A stretch of DNA of 64,000 nt. Source: a virus. The notes under the pieces were generated by a model. That model saw only the letters and a list, made by a program, of their open reading frames with translations, made no database searches and was not told where the DNA came from. Position 1 is the stretch's first letter, and each line of letters begins with the position of its first letter. Where the stretch lies: positions 6,566 through 70,565 of the IMG/VR virus record IMGVR_UViG_3300047478_000258. One strand, 5' to 3'. The position numbers and the translations under genes were made by a program. Below are positions 62,954-64,000 of this stretch, in pieces.

Positions 62954-63245
62954 AGTGGCTCCGTAAAATAAGATGCTAGAGTAGTTTTATACCCTGCAGC
63001 TGAAAGAATAGGATCGAACAATACATCTATTATCTCCGTTACAGTCATACCATCTAACTTACTCTCTATGGTATAAGTCCCATTCTCATCTTCAAATGTT
63101 ATCTTAGTCATTATCTGCCTCCTTGGACTTACTCCAAATAACCTGTATACCTGCTTCTTCCAAGTTTGCTAATACATCATCAAGTATTTCACCGTCTGTT
63201 TCTGCAGAAGCATCTACTATAAGTAGATTAACAAAAGCTTTCATA

Positions 63246-63677
63246 CTACCTCCTTGGATACTTCTTTAAAATCTTGGTTAAAAACCAGTGGTTAACAAGG
63301 ACTACATTAGAGTGTTCTACAGTAAGATCGTGGAATTTCTTCCATGCACCCCTCTCCCATATACCCTTTACTTCTACGAAAGTATAATAATCAGGTAGAT
63401 AGTAGTCAGGAACATACCCTCTTAGGATATAAGCCTCATACTGATAAGCAATATTGTGGTCCTTAAGAAAAGATTCAAATGCTCTTTCATAATTACTTCT
63501 CCTGCCTTCTTCTGGTACATGAGGGTTTTTGAGTATTGCATAGGAAAACATCTCTTTAGGTTGTAAGAAAAGGAATTCTTTAAAGCAGTTAATAGAGCAG
63601 ACATTAGGGATAAACTCATTCCCTTTGTCTACTATACGGGTATAAGGCTTCTCACACATCTTACATAACTGCTTCAT
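63246..63677 (-). CDS. T7 endonuclease I-like nuclease with N-terminal Zn finger
   Basis: RS.YE......L......YQYE...YVPDY......VEVKG. Confidence 0.75.
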   Translation of the reverse strand: MKQLCKMCEKPYTRIVDKGNEFIPNVCSINCFKEFLFLQPKEMFSYAILKNPHVPEEGRRSNYERAFESFLKDHNIAYQYEAYILRGYVPDYYLPDYYTFVEVKGIWERGAWKKFHDLTVEHSNVVLVNHWFLTKILKKYPRR

Positions 63678-64000
63678 GAGTGATCTTCTTCTGCTAAATT
63701 AGGATTTGTAGCAGGTGTTGCTAAAAGTGGGCTCCTCCCTCTTCTTGGACCAATATTCCAGTCACTTATCATGCCCATATTATCATTAAGGTGTTTACTT
63801 GTTGCCTTAATTAAGTCATCTTTATTCACTTCTTTTAAGGGTTTATAAGGTTCTTGGTCTCTCTTTAACAGGTTGGGTAGATCCTTTTGGAGTGATTTTA
63901 TGTCAGGATAGACATAACAATCATCTTCTGTATACTGCCTTCCTACTGCATTAAAGTGGAATTTTATCTGTGTTATGTAACCATTGCCTACTGGATTAAT
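63674..64000 (-). CDS. Partial hypothetical protein (5' end outside window)
   Basis: Open frame of 108 sense codons, translated by hand. Confidence 0.5.
   Translation of the reverse strand: MNPVGNGYITQIKFHFNAVGRQYTEDDCYVYPDIKSLQKDLPNLLKRDQEPYKPLKEVNKDDLIKATSKHLNDNMGMISDWNIGPRRGRSPLLATPATNPNLAEEDHS

Larger units (their letters stand above)
1..64000. mobile_element. Tailed bacteriophage genome segment (podovirus-like)
   Basis: Terminase, portal, scaffold, capsid, lysis cassette, ejection proteins, PolA and DnaB; no cellular housekeeping genes; no tape measure or sheath. Confidence 0.97.

Noticed and set aside
1-64000. Stop-codon reassignment
   Set aside because: Core genes are full length in the standard code and TAA, TAG and TGA all end genes

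Overview
The whole window is a tailed dsDNA bacteriophage genome segment (podovirus-like Caudoviricetes, AT-rich and visibly CpG-poor). The spanin pair and GH24 lysozyme imply a Gram-negative host. No integrase, tRNA, rRNA or CRISPR array is seen. Positions 1-18.1 kb (minus strand) hold early, accessory and replication genes: DnaB helicase, a degenerate loader ATPase, a Ycf46-like AAA+ ATPase with DUF1257/DUF2997 partners, MazG and many micro-ORFs. Positions 18.5-58.5 kb (plus strand) hold the late module: an Acb2/Tad1-like protein, terminase, portal, lysis genes, tail fibres, scaffold, capsid, tail, ejection proteins and a 3980-aa polyvalent virion protein. Positions 58.5-64 kb (minus strand) hold a UDG-fused family A DNA polymerase and three PD-(D/E)XK nucleases. 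The most striking unexplained signal is a perfect 14-bp palindrome, TGAAAACGTTTTCA, present at least 21 times genome-wide (14 intergenic or at gene junctions, 7 inside genes), with a candidate phage-encoded mini-HTH reader. Other novelties are a duplicated ~180-200 nt structured RNA-like element (6.0-6.6 kb), a shared C-terminal G-hydrophobic tag on six unrelated proteins, a QLWLF clamp-motif micropeptide and leaderless sigma70 promoters. All family calls come from motif recognition by eye, not database searches.
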